DNA of 64,000 nt from Alphaproteobacteria bacterium (GTDB taxonomy: Bacteria; Pseudomonadota; Alphaproteobacteria; UBA828). The stretch's first letter is position 1. Each line of letters opens with the position of its first letter. Positions 1-11,903 of the stretch are shown in pieces. The DNA is taken from positions 320,001-384,000 of the forward strand of contig CBDCQT010000011.1 of the NCBI GenBank assembly GCA_965220745.1. The letters are read 5' to 3'. A model generated the notes under the pieces. The model was given only the letters and a program-made list of their open reading frames with translations, was not told the origin of the DNA and made no database searches. A program made the position numbers and the translations under genes.

Positions 1-867
<867 letters not shown>

Positions 868-963
868 GGCCCTTCCCGTCTGGTTCGGGCCGCGCGTGGC
901 AAGGGGCGGCCTTCGGCGGGAGCATAGGGTGCGGCGCCCCGCGCTGCCAGTGCAGCAGGTGTA

Positions 964-2127
964 TCAAATCCCTGGCAACCGGGGACCTGGGTCAATCGAA
1001 ACTTCTGGCAGTTCGTACGGGTCCTGAACCGTCTTGCTGCGCCTTGCGGCCTTTCTCGCCTCTTCTAGCTCCTTGCCAGCAATATAGTATCGGCCCCGCT
1101 TCTCGCCGTGTGGAATGAGGAGCGCTAGATCGGCCAAGGCCTTGAGATCGCGCCCAGCAACGTGGGGGCTCTCCTCCGTCTCCTTCTGATACCTGGCGTT
1201 GGTGACCCGCATTCCCAGCGCCGCATTGAAGAGCGGGACGATCATTCTCTCGTTGAGCCTCTGACGCTCCACGAGTGCCTCGATGCTGGAGAACAGGGCT
1301 TCGTATTCCTCGTGGCGACGGATCACCGTATTGGCCTGCTGGTAGTGGGCCTTGAGGCAGAACCGCACCCACGGCAGCGCACTGTTCGAGGGATTCCACG
1401 TGCCCTGCCCGACCTCGGCAAGCACATCGTAGTAGTCCTGTGTGTTACGCCCGAGCCACTCCTCGATGCTTGAAAAGAGTGGGTGAACAACGCCTTCTCG
1501 CGCAAGAGCCAATGTTTGGAGGGCCCGCGCCATCCGGCCGTTTCCGTCCTTGAAGGGATGGATCATGGTCAGATTTAGATGAGCCATTGCAGCGGCGACG
1601 ACCGCGGACTGATGATCCTCTCCATCCAGGTATTCCACCAACTCGCTTACCAAGAAATCGACCGAGTCGGGGTACGGTGCGTCGTAGACGACCACGCCGG
1701 TTGCGTGGTTCACCACCTGGACGGCACCGGGCCGCCATGTCCCAGGGTATGCGTTCGGATCGAAGTCGGTCATCATGAAGTGCAGGCTCTTGAGGAATTG
1801 CTTGCTGAATTCGAAATAGGGGTCCGTCGCGGCCTGCATGATGCAGGTCATGGCTTTCCTGTATCCCTGGATCGCGAGCCAGGTTTCTGTCCTCTCATCG
1901 AGGGGCGGCTCGTCTTCCACGGCCGCCATGGCCTCGTCCATCGTGGCGTTATAGCCCTCGATGGCGTTCGAGCCCTGGATCGCGCGCGCAAACGTGCTCT
2001 GCCGCAGGGCCCCGTGCCAGCGGCGGGGATTGTGCTGGGTCTCGATCCGCAAGCGGCGTCTCTGACCTTCCAGTATTTCCAGCACCTTGCGGTCCTCTTG
2101 CGACAAGGTGGGTTCGGCGAAGATCAT
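964..2127 (-). CDS. Fic family protein (AMPylase-like) with probable C-terminal winged-helix
   Basis: Canonical Fic motif HPFKDGNGRMAR; N-terminal SNAIEG inhibitory-helix motif. Confidence 0.92.
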   Translation of the reverse strand: MIFAEPTLSQEDRKVLEILEGQRRRLRIETQHNPRRWHGALRQSTFARAIQGSNAIEGYNATMDEAMAAVEDEPPLDERTETWLAIQGYRKAMTCIMQAATDPYFEFSKQFLKSLHFMMTDFDPNAYPGTWRPGAVQVVNHATGVVVYDAPYPDSVDFLVSELVEYLDGEDHQSAVVAAAMAHLNLTMIHPFKDGNGRMARALQTLALAREGVVHPLFSSIEEWLGRNTQDYYDVLAEVGQGTWNPSNSALPWVRFCLKAHYQQANTVIRRHEEYEALFSSIEALVERQRLNERMIVPLFNAALGMRVTNARYQKETEESPHVAGRDLKALADLALLIPHGEKRGRYYIAGKELEEARKAARRSKTVQDPYELPEVSIDPGPRLPGI

Positions 2128-2128
2128 G

Positions 2129-2200
2129 CTGGATATCTCGTTTCATATCTGCGATGTACAGATATATATCCTGCATTTTGCAGATGTCAATCCAGATATT
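2129..2200. promoter_or_regulatory. AT-rich promoter/operator region upstream of fic
   Basis: Inverted repeats ATATCTG-N7-CAGATAT (2145-2165) and CTGCA-TTT-TGCAG (2171-2183); recurring CAGAT. Confidence 0.45.
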
Positions 2201-2329
2201 GTGCAAATCCGCCTCTTGCCAAGAGAAGGGGGAGCTGACTGTGGAGACAGAACCTGTTCATGGGCCGGACAGCGGGGTATGGTCGCGCCCGTCGCCTGAG
2301 CGCGGACTGTGCCGCGAGCGAGGTTCGCC

Positions 2330-2602
2330 ATGAAGGTCAAGATCGAGATCGACTGCACGCCCGAGGAGGCCCGTGCCTTCTGCGGGATGCCGGACCTGAC
2401 GGCAGCCCACGGCGCCATGACAAAGGGCCTGGAGGCGCGGATGGCGGAGGCGATCGGCCAGATCGACCCCGAGGCGCTGCTGAAATCGTGGCTTCCCGGC
2501 GGGCTCCAGGGCTTCGAGTCCATGCAGAAGGCCTTCTGGGAAGGATTCGGACAGGCGGGCGGCGGCGCGCCCAAGGGCGGCAGCGGAGGTGGCGCGGGAT
2601 GA
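2330..2602 (+). CDS. Small DUF6489-like protein
   Basis: MKVKIEIDCTPEEARAFCGMPD N-terminus typical of this alphaproteobacterial family; ATGA overlap with next gene. Confidence 0.8.
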   Translation: MKVKIEIDCTPEEARAFCGMPDLTAAHGAMTKGLEARMAEAIGQIDPEALLKSWLPGGLQGFESMQKAFWEGFGQAGGGAPKGGSGGGAG

Positions 2603-2997
2603 GCCGGGCGGATCCGCCCCTCTACTACCGGCGCCACGTCTTCTGCTGTGTCAACACCCGCGCGCCCGACCATCCGCGCGGCTGCTGCAGCGCGAAGGAC
2701 TCGGTCAAGCTGCGCGCCCACATGAAGGCCAGAGCCAAGCAGCGCGGGCTCTCTGACGTGCGCATCAACGCGAGCCAGTGCCTGGATCGCTGCGAGTTCG
2801 GGCCGACCATGGTGATCTATCCCGAGGGCGTCTGGTACGCGGTCAAGACCGTGGCGGACGTGGACGAGATCATCGAGACCCACCTCGTGCAGGGCGGCCG
2901 GGTGGAGCGGCTGATGCTGATGCCCGACCAGCCGTTTCCCGACGAAGCCGATGATTCCGGAGGCGGCAGCCGAATGGCGGCGACTGCCGTCTCCTGA
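2599..2997 (+). CDS. Thioredoxin-like (2Fe-2S) ferredoxin
   Basis: HVFCCVN...RGCC...SQCLDRCEFGPTMVIYPEGVWY motif. Confidence 0.9.
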   Translation: MSRADPPLYYRRHVFCCVNTRAPDHPRGCCSAKDSVKLRAHMKARAKQRGLSDVRINASQCLDRCEFGPTMVIYPEGVWYAVKTVADVDEIIETHLVQGGRVERLMLMPDQPFPDEADDSGGGSRMAATAVS

Positions 2998-3048
2998 TCC
3001 GGGCGCGGGTCTGCCGCCGGCCGGCGCGCGGCGCAATCTCCATAGACC

Positions 3049-4383
3049 ATGAGCGGCGACACTATCTTCGCGCTGTCGAGCGGAGGCGCGCGCGCCGCCA
3101 TCGCGGTGGTCCGGGTCTCGGGCCCCGCGGCGGCGGAAGCGCTGACGCGGATCGGCGGCGCGCCGTTGCCGGAGGCACGCAGGGCGGCGCTTCGGCGCTT
3201 CCGCGAGCCGGAAACGGGCGAGCAGATCGACCGGGGACTGGCGCTCTGGTTCCTCGCGCCCGCCAGCGCCACCGGCGAGGACATGGCGGAGTTTCACGTG
3301 CATGGCGGACCCAGCGTCATCGACGCGCTGTGCGATGCGCTCGCTGCGATCCCCGGCCTGCGCCCGGCCGAGCCCGGCGAGTTCACCCGCCGCGCCTTTG
3401 AGGCCGGCCGTCTCGACCTGACGGAGGCGGAAGGGATCGCCGACCTGGTCGCGGCCGAGACCGAGGCCCAGCGGCGCCAGGCGCTCGCCCAGATGGAAGG
3501 CGGGCTGCATCGGCTCTACGACGGCTGGCGCGAGCGGCTCATGGCGCTCCGGGCCAACGTCGAGGCCGCCATCGATTTCTCGGACCAGGAGCTGGGCGAC
3601 GATCCACTGGCCGCGGCTGCTCCCGGCCTCGCGGCGCTGGAGGCCGAGATCGCGATCCATCTCGACGATTCCCGCCGGGGCGAGCGCCTGCGCGAGGGCT
3701 TCTGCATCGCCATCGTGGGCGCGCCGAATGCCGGAAAATCCAGCGTTCTCAATCGTTTAGCGGGGCGGGACGCGGCCATCGTTTCGACGCGTGCGGGCAC
3801 CACCCGCGACGTGGTCGAGGTGCGCCTCGATCTTGGCGGTTGGCCTATCACCCTCGCCGACACCGCGGGATTGCGCGAGAGCCAGGATGAGATTGAGAGC
3901 GAAGGCGTGCGCCGCGCCCTCGCCCGCGCAGCCAGCGCCGACCTCTCGCTGGTGGTCTTCGACGGCGCGCTTTGGCCCGAGGCGGACGCGCAGAGCCTCG
4001 CGCTGCTTGGCGAGGACGCACTGGCGGTGCTGAACAAGACCGACCTGATCGGGGACCCCGTCCCTGCCGCCATCGGCGGCCAGCCGGCGCTCGGCGTGTC
4101 TTGCCTGACCGGCGCCGGCATCGAGGCGCTGCTGGAGACACTGGCAAACGAGATCGCGCGGCGTTACCCGCCCGGCGGCGCGCCCGCGCTGACCCGCGCC
4201 CGTCACCGGCAGGCGGTCGTGGAGTGCCGCGACGCACTCGCACGCGCCATCGCCGGGCCGGCAGACGAACGGCTCGCGGAGGAGCTTCGGCTAGCGGCGC
4301 ATGCGCTCGGCCGCATCACCGGCCGGGTCGACGTCGAAGCCGTGCTCGATCTCGTCTTCCGCGACTTCTGCATCGGCAAGTAG
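3049..4383 (+). CDS. mnmE: tRNA modification GTPase MnmE
   Basis: DTIFALSS N-terminus, GAPNAGKSS, GTTRD, DTAGLR, NKTD, C-terminal FCIGK. Confidence 0.98.
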   Translation: MSGDTIFALSSGGARAAIAVVRVSGPAAAEALTRIGGAPLPEARRAALRRFREPETGEQIDRGLALWFLAPASATGEDMAEFHVHGGPSVIDALCDALAAIPGLRPAEPGEFTRRAFEAGRLDLTEAEGIADLVAAETEAQRRQALAQMEGGLHRLYDGWRERLMALRANVEAAIDFSDQELGDDPLAAAAPGLAALEAEIAIHLDDSRRGERLREGFCIAIVGAPNAGKSSVLNRLAGRDAAIVSTRAGTTRDVVEVRLDLGGWPITLADTAGLRESQDEIESEGVRRALARAASADLSLVVFDGALWPEADAQSLALLGEDALAVLNKTDLIGDPVPAAIGGQPALGVSCLTGAGIEALLETLANEIARRYPPGGAPALTRARHRQAVVECRDALARAIAGPADERLAEELRLAAHALGRITGRVDVEAVLDLVFRDFCIGK

Positions 4384-4478
4384 GGGCGCTTGGCGCTTTA
4401 CGGACGGGCGCGCGTGTCCTATAGGGGGCGCCGTTCCCAATGAGCCGAGCCGCAGACTGGGCGGCCGGGAGGGCGGCC

Positions 4479-6380
4479 ATGAGCCGCGAGCGCTTCGATG
4501 TCATCGTGATCGGGGGCGGCCACGCCGGGTGCGAGGCCGCGGCGGCGGCGGCGCGCGTCGGTGCCGCGACGCTCCTCATCACCCAGAAACGCGAAACCAT
4601 CGGCGCCATGTCGTGCAACCCGGCGATTGGGGGCCTCGCCAAGGGCACGCTGGTGCGCGAGGTGGACGCGCTGGACGGGCTCATGGGCCGTGTCGCCGAC
4701 GAAGCGGGCATCCAGTTCCGCGTGCTCAACCGCAGCAAAGGGCCGGCCGTGCGGGGGCCCCGGGCGCAGCAGGACCGCGCGCTCTACCGGGCCGCCATGC
4801 AGGCGGCGCTCGCGGCGCAGCCCAGTCTCACGATCCGCGAGGGCACGGTCGAGGACCTAGCACTCGATGCGACTGCGCAGGCCCGGCCCCGCGTGCGCGG
4901 TGTGGTACTGGGGGACGGCGAACTGATCCCGGCGCCGCAGGTGGTGCTCACCACAGGCACCTTCCTGCGCGGGCTGATCCACATCGGGGAGCGGCAGATT
5001 CCGGCGGGGCGCGTCGGCGACGCCCCGGCAACGGGGCTTGCACACACGCTGGAGCGGCTGGGCTTCCGTCTGGGCCGGCTGAAGACCGGCACACCGCCCC
5101 GGCTCGACGGTCGCACCATCGACTGGGCCGCCCTGGCGGCGCAGGAGGGCGACGAGCCGCCGGAACCCTTCTCCTTCCTTACCGACACCATCACGCGGGC
5201 GCAGGTGCGCTGTCACATCACCGCCACGGGGCCCGAGGGCCACGAAGTCATCCGCTGCAACCTCGCGCGCTCCCCCATGTACTCGGGCGCGATCGAGAGC
5301 CGCGGGCCCCGCTACTGCCCTTCCATCGAGGACAAGGTGGTGCGCTTCGCCGAGCGTTCGTCGCACCAGATTTTTCTTGAGCCGGAGGGGCTTGAGGACC
5401 ACACGGTCTATCCCAACGGAATCTCGACCGCGCTGCCGGAAGAGGTGCAGCGGGCGCTGGTGGCGACGATTCCGGGGCTGGAGCGGGCGGCGATCCTGCG
5501 GCCGGGCTACGCCATCGAGTACGACCACGTGGACCCTCGCGAGCTGAGCCCCGCGCTGGAGACCGACCGCATCGCAGGTCTCTACCTCGCGGGCCAGATC
5601 AACGGCACCACCGGGTACGAGGAAGCCGGAGCCCAGGGCATCGTCGCCGGGATCAACGCCGCGCGCGCGGCCGCCGGCGGCGGGCCGATCACGCTGGACC
5701 GCGCCGAAGGCTACATCGGCGTGCTGATCGACGATCTGGTGACGCAGGGGGTGAGCGAGCCCTACCGCATGTTCTCGTCGCGCGCCGAATACCGGCTCCG
5801 GCTCCGGCCGGACAATGCGGACCGTCGGCTCACGGAACGCGGCATCGAGGCGGGCTGCGTCGGCGGTCAGCGGGCACGGCGCTTCGCCGCCAAGAGCGCG
5901 GCACTGGCCGAGACCGAGCGCCTTCTCGACTCGCTCGACGCCACGCCCGACACGCTGCGCCGCCACGGCATTGCGGCGAACCGGGACGGGCGCAGGCGCA
6001 GCGCGCGCGAGCTGATCGGCTATCCCGATGTGAGCCTTGAGCCACTTGCGATGCTCTGGCCGGCACTGACGGAGCTGGAGCCCGAGATCGTCCAAGCCCT
6101 GGAGAACGACGCCCATTACCGGGGCTATTTGGAGCGGCAGGAGGCGGATATCGCGGCCTTTCGCCGTGACGAGGCGCTCAGGCTGCCGGGGAACTTCCGC
6201 TTCGACAGGGTGGGCGGGCTCTCTCACGAGATGCGCCAGCGCCTCGCCGCTGCGCGGCCCGCGACCCTCGGCGCGGCCGGACGGGTGCCGGGAGTGACGC
6301 CGGCGGCGCTGACGGCATTGCTCGCCCATGTCCGCAAGACGGAGCACCGCAAGAGTGCGGCGGAGGCCGGGCGCGGCTAG
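4479..6380 (+). CDS. mnmG: tRNA uridine 5-carboxymethylaminomethyl modification enzyme MnmG (GidA)
   Basis: [43 protein letters not shown]. Confidence 0.98.
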   Translation: MSRERFDVIVIGGGHAGCEAAAAAARVGAATLLITQKRETIGAMSCNPAIGGLAKGTLVREVDALDGLMGRVADEAGIQFRVLNRSKGPAVRGPRAQQDRALYRAAMQAALAAQPSLTIREGTVEDLALDATAQARPRVRGVVLGDGELIPAPQVVLTTGTFLRGLIHIGERQIPAGRVGDAPATGLAHTLERLGFRLGRLKTGTPPRLDGRTIDWAALAAQEGDEPPEPFSFLTDTITRAQVRCHITATGPEGHEVIRCNLARSPMYSGAIESRGPRYCPSIEDKVVRFAERSSHQIFLEPEGLEDHTVYPNGISTALPEEVQRALVATIPGLERAAILRPGYAIEYDHVDPRELSPALETDRIAGLYLAGQINGTTGYEEAGAQGIVAGINAARAAAGGGPITLDRAEGYIGVLIDDLVTQGVSEPYRMFSSRAEYRLRLRPDNADRRLTERGIEAGCVGGQRARRFAAKSAALAETERLLDSLDATPDTLRRHGIAANRDGRRRSARELIGYPDVSLEPLAMLWPALTELEPEIVQALENDAHYRGYLERQEADIAAFRRDEALRLPGNFRFDRVGGLSHEMRQRLAAARPATLGAAGRVPGVTPAALTALLAHVRKTEHRKSAAEAGRG

Positions 6381-6385
6381 ATCGG

Positions 6386-7015
6386 ATGGAGCCGGGCAAG
6401 GCCTTCCGGCGCGATGTTTCACGTGAAACACGCGAACGGCTCGAGATCTACGAGACCCTCCTCCGGCAACGGCAACGGCGCGTCAACCTGGTCTCGGCAG
6501 CGACCCTGCCCGCGCTCTGGATCCGGCACTTTCTGGATTCGGCGCAGCTCGCCCCCCTGCTCGCCGACGACGAGGTTGGCCACACGGTGGACGTCGGCAG
6601 CGGAGCGGGTTTCCCCGGCATGGTGCTCGCGATCCTCGACGCGGGTCGCCGCGTCTCCTTGGTCGAGGCCAACGGCAAGCGCTGCACCTTCCTGCGCGAG
6701 GTGGCGGCCGCCACCGGCACCGAGGTCTCAGTAGTCGAAGGCCGGTTCGAGGCGCCCGACGTTCAGGCCGCACTCGCACCGGCAGGCACGATCGTCGCCC
6801 GCGCCTGCGCGCCGCTGGTCGATTTGCTAGGTCTTGTTTTCCCCGTGCTGGACTCTCATACATATTGTATATTCCCGAAGGGACGCCGCTACCGGAGCGA
6901 GCTGGAGGAGGCCCGCCGCCGGTGGGATTTCGGGGCAGACATCGTCCCCAGCCAGACAGCGGCCGAGGCGCGGATACTGAGGATCAGCGATGTCGAACGG
7001 CGCCGCCGCTCTTGA
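6386..7015 (+). CDS. rsmG: 16S rRNA m7G527 methyltransferase RsmG (GidB)
   Basis: RHFLDS, DVGSGAGFPG SAM motif; position between mnmG and parA. Confidence 0.95.
   Translation: MEPGKAFRRDVSRETRERLEIYETLLRQRQRRVNLVSAATLPALWIRHFLDSAQLAPLLADDEVGHTVDVGSGAGFPGMVLAILDAGRRVSLVEANGKRCTFLREVAAATGTEVSVVEGRFEAPDVQAALAPAGTIVARACAPLVDLLGLVFPVLDSHTYCIFPKGRRYRSELEEARRRWDFGADIVPSQTAAEARILRISDVERRRRS
6415..6430. promoter_or_regulatory. parS centromere-like site
   Basis: Perfect palindrome TGTTTCACGTGAAACA inside the 5' end of rsmG, upstream of parAB. Confidence 0.92.
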
Positions 7016-7837
7016 GACCGGCGCCCCGTCCGCGCCAGCACCGGCGGAGCGGCCCCGGATCATCGCGGTCGCGAACCAGAAGGGCGGCGTCGGCAAGACC
7101 ACCACCGCCATCAACTTGGGCACCGCGCTTGCGGCGGCGGGCCGCCCGGTGCTGTTGCTCGACCTCGATCCGCAGGGGAACGCCAGCACCGGCCTCGGCA
7201 TTCCCCAAGCGGAGCGTGTGCCGGGCTCTTACGGCCTGCTCCAGGGCGCGCCGCTCGCTGCGGCCCGGCGGCAAACGATAGTGCCGGGGCTTTCCGTCGT
7301 GCCGGCGACCCGCGATCTCGCGGGCGCCGAGATCGAACTCTCCCAAGCCCCCAGGCCGCAGCATTGCCTGAGGGAGGCGCTGGCTCCGGCGCTCGCGGAC
7401 GAGAGCACGCTGTCTCACGTGCTGATCGACTGCCCGCCATCACTTGGCATGCTAACTGTCAACGCCCTGGTCGCCGCGGACTCCGTGCTGGTACCGCTAC
7501 AGTGCGAGTTCCTGGCCCTGGAGGGGCTGAGCCAGGTGCTCAGCATCGTCGAGCGCGTGCGCACCGCCTTCAACCCGGCGCTCCACGTGCAAGGCATCGT
7601 GCTCACCATGTACGACAGGCGGAACAATCTCTCCGCGCAAGTGCGGGACGACGTGCGCACCCACCTGGGCGATGCGGTGTACGAGACCATCATCCCACGC
7701 AACGTGCGGGTCTCCGAGGCGCCGTCCTTCGGCGTTCCCGTTTTGCTCCACGATTTCCGCTGCCCCGGCGCCCAGGCCTACGCGCATTTGGCCGGAGAGC
7801 TGCTGCGGCGCGAGCGAATTCAGAAGGAGAGCGCAGC

Positions 7838-7841
<4 letters not shown>
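6990..7841 (+). CDS. parA: Chromosome partitioning ATPase ParA
   Basis: NQKGGVGKTTT deviant Walker A, DLDPQGNAS, IDCPPSLG, IPRNVRVSEAPS. Confidence 0.97.
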
Positions 7842-8761
<920 letters not shown>

Positions 8762-9263
8762 GGGCGCCAATTAGACAGTAAAATCAGCGCATTACGGCGG
8801 CATATAAATTTATAGATGGCTTGCTAATGAATTAGTCGCGACTTGTCTCCGGACGGCGGTCCGAAAGCGGTCGGGGATCTCGCTCCTCTGCGGCACGCTC
8901 CTCCGCCAGCTCCGATTATCCAGATGCTCCTGTCCGGCAAAGACTGCCTATTCTCCCGCCATCGTCACGGTCTTGTCGGCGTGGCCGGAGCCGTCATACG
9001 TCGCGAGCGAGCATCGTCCTGAACATCGATCGCTCTCCCATCTGGGCCAAGGGTGACCGACCTGGAGTACGTCCGGACCTGATGGCGTTCTATCTATTTT
9101 CAACGCTTTGAGTTTGAGACAAATCAATACCCAAGATGTCAGGCACGGCCATGCTGGCGCAGGCCCTGTGCACGCCGTGCAGACCATGACCGTGGCAAGA
9201 AATGGGGGCTAGACTGCTGCAAGACGTTTTCCTGTGCGCTCCACGACGGATCGAGGCCCTTCA

Positions 9264-10325
9264 ATGGTGAGTCAATACCGCATCGAAACCCTCTTCCTGT
9301 CGCAGGAGGATCTTCTGCGCGCCGGCTGCCTGGACATGGGGATGGCCATGGAGGCGGCCGAACAGGCCATGCTCGCCTACCAGAAGGGCGACATCATGTT
9401 CCCCGAGAAGATCGTGCAGATCTTCAACCAAGACACCCAGGCCCGCATCAACTGCCTGCCGGCGACGCTGCTGCCGGAGAAGATTTGCGGCGTGAAGTGG
9501 GTCTCCGTCTTTCCCGAGAACCCCGAGGTCCACGGCATACAGAACCTTTCGGCGGTCATGATCCTCTCCGAGATCGAGCACGGCTTCCCCCTTGCCCTGC
9601 TGGAGGGGACGCTCTGCTCCAACATGCGGGTCGGCACCATGGGCGGGATCGCCGCGAAGCACCTCGCCCGCCCGGACTCGCGAAGCATCGCGTTCATCGG
9701 CGCCGGAGAGCAGGCAAAGATGCATCTGGTCGCGATGAAGAAGGCCGTTCCCGCCCTGGAGGAGTGCCGCGTCGCGGCGAAGTACGAGCACGAGGAACAG
9801 CAGTTCGTCAGCGAAATGAAGCCCCTGTTCCCCGACCTTCGCTTCGTCGCCACGGAGACGGACCTTCAGCGGGCGTCGGAAGGCGCCGACATTCTGGTCA
9901 CCGCCACCAGCGCGCAGGCGCCGCTGCTGCAGGCGGCGTGGATGAAGCCCGGCGCCTTCTACAGCCACGTGGGCGGCTGGGAGGACGAATACGAGGTCGC
10001 TCGCCAGTGCCAGAAGATCGTCGTGGACGACTGGGAGACGGTGAAGCACCGGACCCAGACGCTGAGCCGGATGTACAAGGACGGTGCGCTGGCCGACGAC
10101 GACATCCACGCGAACCTCGTCGATATCGTGGCGGGCGCGAAAAGTGGGAGGGAAAGAGCGGACGAGCGGACCTATTTCAACGCGGTCGGTCTCGCCTACG
10201 TCGACGTGGCGATCGCCTATGCGATGTACCGGCGGGCCGCAGAGGCCGGGGTGGGGACGCGCCTCGCCATCCAGGACAACATGATCTTCCAGCACGAAGA
10301 GCTGGCGAACTGGATCCGGATGTAG
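9264..10325 (+). CDS. Ornithine cyclodeaminase/mu-crystallin family protein
   Basis: GVKWVSVFPEN, IGAGEQA NAD-binding motif, NAVGLAYVDVAIA. Confidence 0.88.
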   Translation: MVSQYRIETLFLSQEDLLRAGCLDMGMAMEAAEQAMLAYQKGDIMFPEKIVQIFNQDTQARINCLPATLLPEKICGVKWVSVFPENPEVHGIQNLSAVMILSEIEHGFPLALLEGTLCSNMRVGTMGGIAAKHLARPDSRSIAFIGAGEQAKMHLVAMKKAVPALEECRVAAKYEHEEQQFVSEMKPLFPDLRFVATETDLQRASEGADILVTATSAQAPLLQAAWMKPGAFYSHVGGWEDEYEVARQCQKIVVDDWETVKHRTQTLSRMYKDGALADDDIHANLVDIVAGAKSGRERADERTYFNAVGLAYVDVAIAYAMYRRAAEAGVGTRLAIQDNMIFQHEELANWIRM

Positions 10326-10392
10326 TCTGTCGCCGGCGGGCCGGGCCGGGAGCAGGCGCGGGCCACGCGGGCTCGCGGGACTCCTGATTTCG

Positions 10393-10418
10393 CGCGCGAG
10401 ACCTTTCAGGCTCGCGCG
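10393..10418. terminator. GC-rich hairpin between convergent OCD-family gene and rho
   Basis: CGCGCGAG-N10-CTCGCGCG inverted repeat; no strong U-tract. Confidence 0.35.
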
Positions 10419-10434
10419 ACTCAGGCGTGCGCGA

Positions 10435-11691
10435 CTACGTGTTCATCGAGGCGAAGAATTCCTCGTTGGTCTTGGTCGTCTTGAGCTTGTCGACCAGGAA
10501 CTCCATGGCGTCCACCGTGCCCATGGGCGAGAGAATGCGGCGCAGCACCCACATCTTGGCGAGTGTCGCGCGGTCGACCAGAAGCTCCTCCTTGCGGGTG
10601 CCGGAGCGGGCGATGTCCATGCTGGGCCAGGTGCGCTTGTCGGCGAGCTTGCGGTCCAGAATGATCTCGGAGTTGCCGGTGCCCTTGAACTCCTCGAAGA
10701 TCACCTCGTCCATGCGCGAGCCCGTGTCGATCAGCGCGGTCGCGATGATGGTGAGCGAGCCGCCGTGCTCGATGTTGCGGGCGGCACCGAAGAAGCGCTT
10801 GGGCCGCTGCAGCGCGTTGGCGTCCACGCCGCCGGTCAGCACCTTGCCGGACGACGGCACCACGGTGTTGTAGGCGCGGGCGAGGCGGGTGATCGAATCC
10901 AGCAGGATCACGACGTCGCGCTTGTGCTCGACCAGCCGCTTGGCCTTCTCGATCACCATCTCCGCCACCTGCACATGGCGCGAGGCCGGCTCGTCGAAAG
11001 TGGAGCTCACCACCTCGCCCTTGACCGAGCGGTCCATGTCGGTGACCTCCTCGGGCCGCTCGTCCACCAGCAGCACGATGAGGTAGGCCTCCGGGTGGTT
11101 CTCCTCGATCGAGTGCGCGATGTTCTGCAGCATCATAGTCTTGCCGGTGCGCGGCGGGGCGACGATCAGCGCCCGCTGCCCTTTGCCGAGCGGCGCCACG
11201 ATGTCGAGGATGCGGCTGGTGGTGTCCTTCTTCTTGGGGTCGGCGATCTCCATGCTGAAGCGCTGCTCGGGGTAGAGCGGCGTCAGGTTGTCGAAGTTGA
11301 CCTTGTGGCGGAGGTTCTCCGGCGGGTCGAAGTTGATGTTGTTGAGCTTGAGCAGGGCGAAGTACCGCTCGCCGTCGCGGGGCGCCCTGATCTGGCCTTC
11401 CAGCGTGTCGCCCGTGCGGAGCCCGAAGCGGCGGATCTGGCTCGGGCTCACGTAGATGTCGTCGGGGCCGGGCAGGTAGTTGGACTCCGGCGAGCGCAGG
11501 AAGCCGAACCCGTCCTGCAAGGTCTCCAGCACGCCCGAGCCGAAGATCGCCTGATCGTTCTCGGCAAGCTGCCGGAGGATCGCGAACATCAGGTCCTGCC
11601 GACGCATCGAGTTCGCGTTCTCGATCTCGAGCTCCTCGGCATAGTCGATCAGCTGAGTCGGGGTCTGGGTCTTGAGTTCTTGCAGGTGCAT
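10435..11691 (-). CDS. rho: Transcription termination factor Rho
   Basis: [47 protein letters not shown]. Confidence 0.99.
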   Translation of the reverse strand: MHLQELKTQTPTQLIDYAEELEIENANSMRRQDLMFAILRQLAENDQAIFGSGVLETLQDGFGFLRSPESNYLPGPDDIYVSPSQIRRFGLRTGDTLEGQIRAPRDGERYFALLKLNNINFDPPENLRHKVNFDNLTPLYPEQRFSMEIADPKKKDTTSRILDIVAPLGKGQRALIVAPPRTGKTMMLQNIAHSIEENHPEAYLIVLLVDERPEEVTDMDRSVKGEVVSSTFDEPASRHVQVAEMVIEKAKRLVEHKRDVVILLDSITRLARAYNTVVPSSGKVLTGGVDANALQRPKRFFGAARNIEHGGSLTIIATALIDTGSRMDEVIFEEFKGTGNSEIILDRKLADKRTWPSMDIARSGTRKEELLVDRATLAKMWVLRRILSPMGTVDAMEFLVDKLKTTKTNEEFFASMNT

Positions 11692-11903
11692 GACGGGGGC
11701 TGCCGTTGTGGAGCGGAAACCGCGCCGCCGGCCGGCGGCACGCTGAGGGCGCAAACCTAGTAGAACGGCGTGCGGCTTATTTTTCCGAGAGAATGCGCCG
11801 AAGACGGGCAGGAGGCCCGCCCGCTGCGGCGGACGCGAACCTTAGCCTATCGGGTGCCGTTCCGCCGTGTCAAACGAAGATTCCATGCCGGTATTCCAAG
11901 CGC

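Noticed and set aside
3290-3305. parS-like GTTTCACGTG in mnmE
   Set aside because: The right arm (CATGGC) does not match; it is explained by the conserved EFHVHGG peptide.
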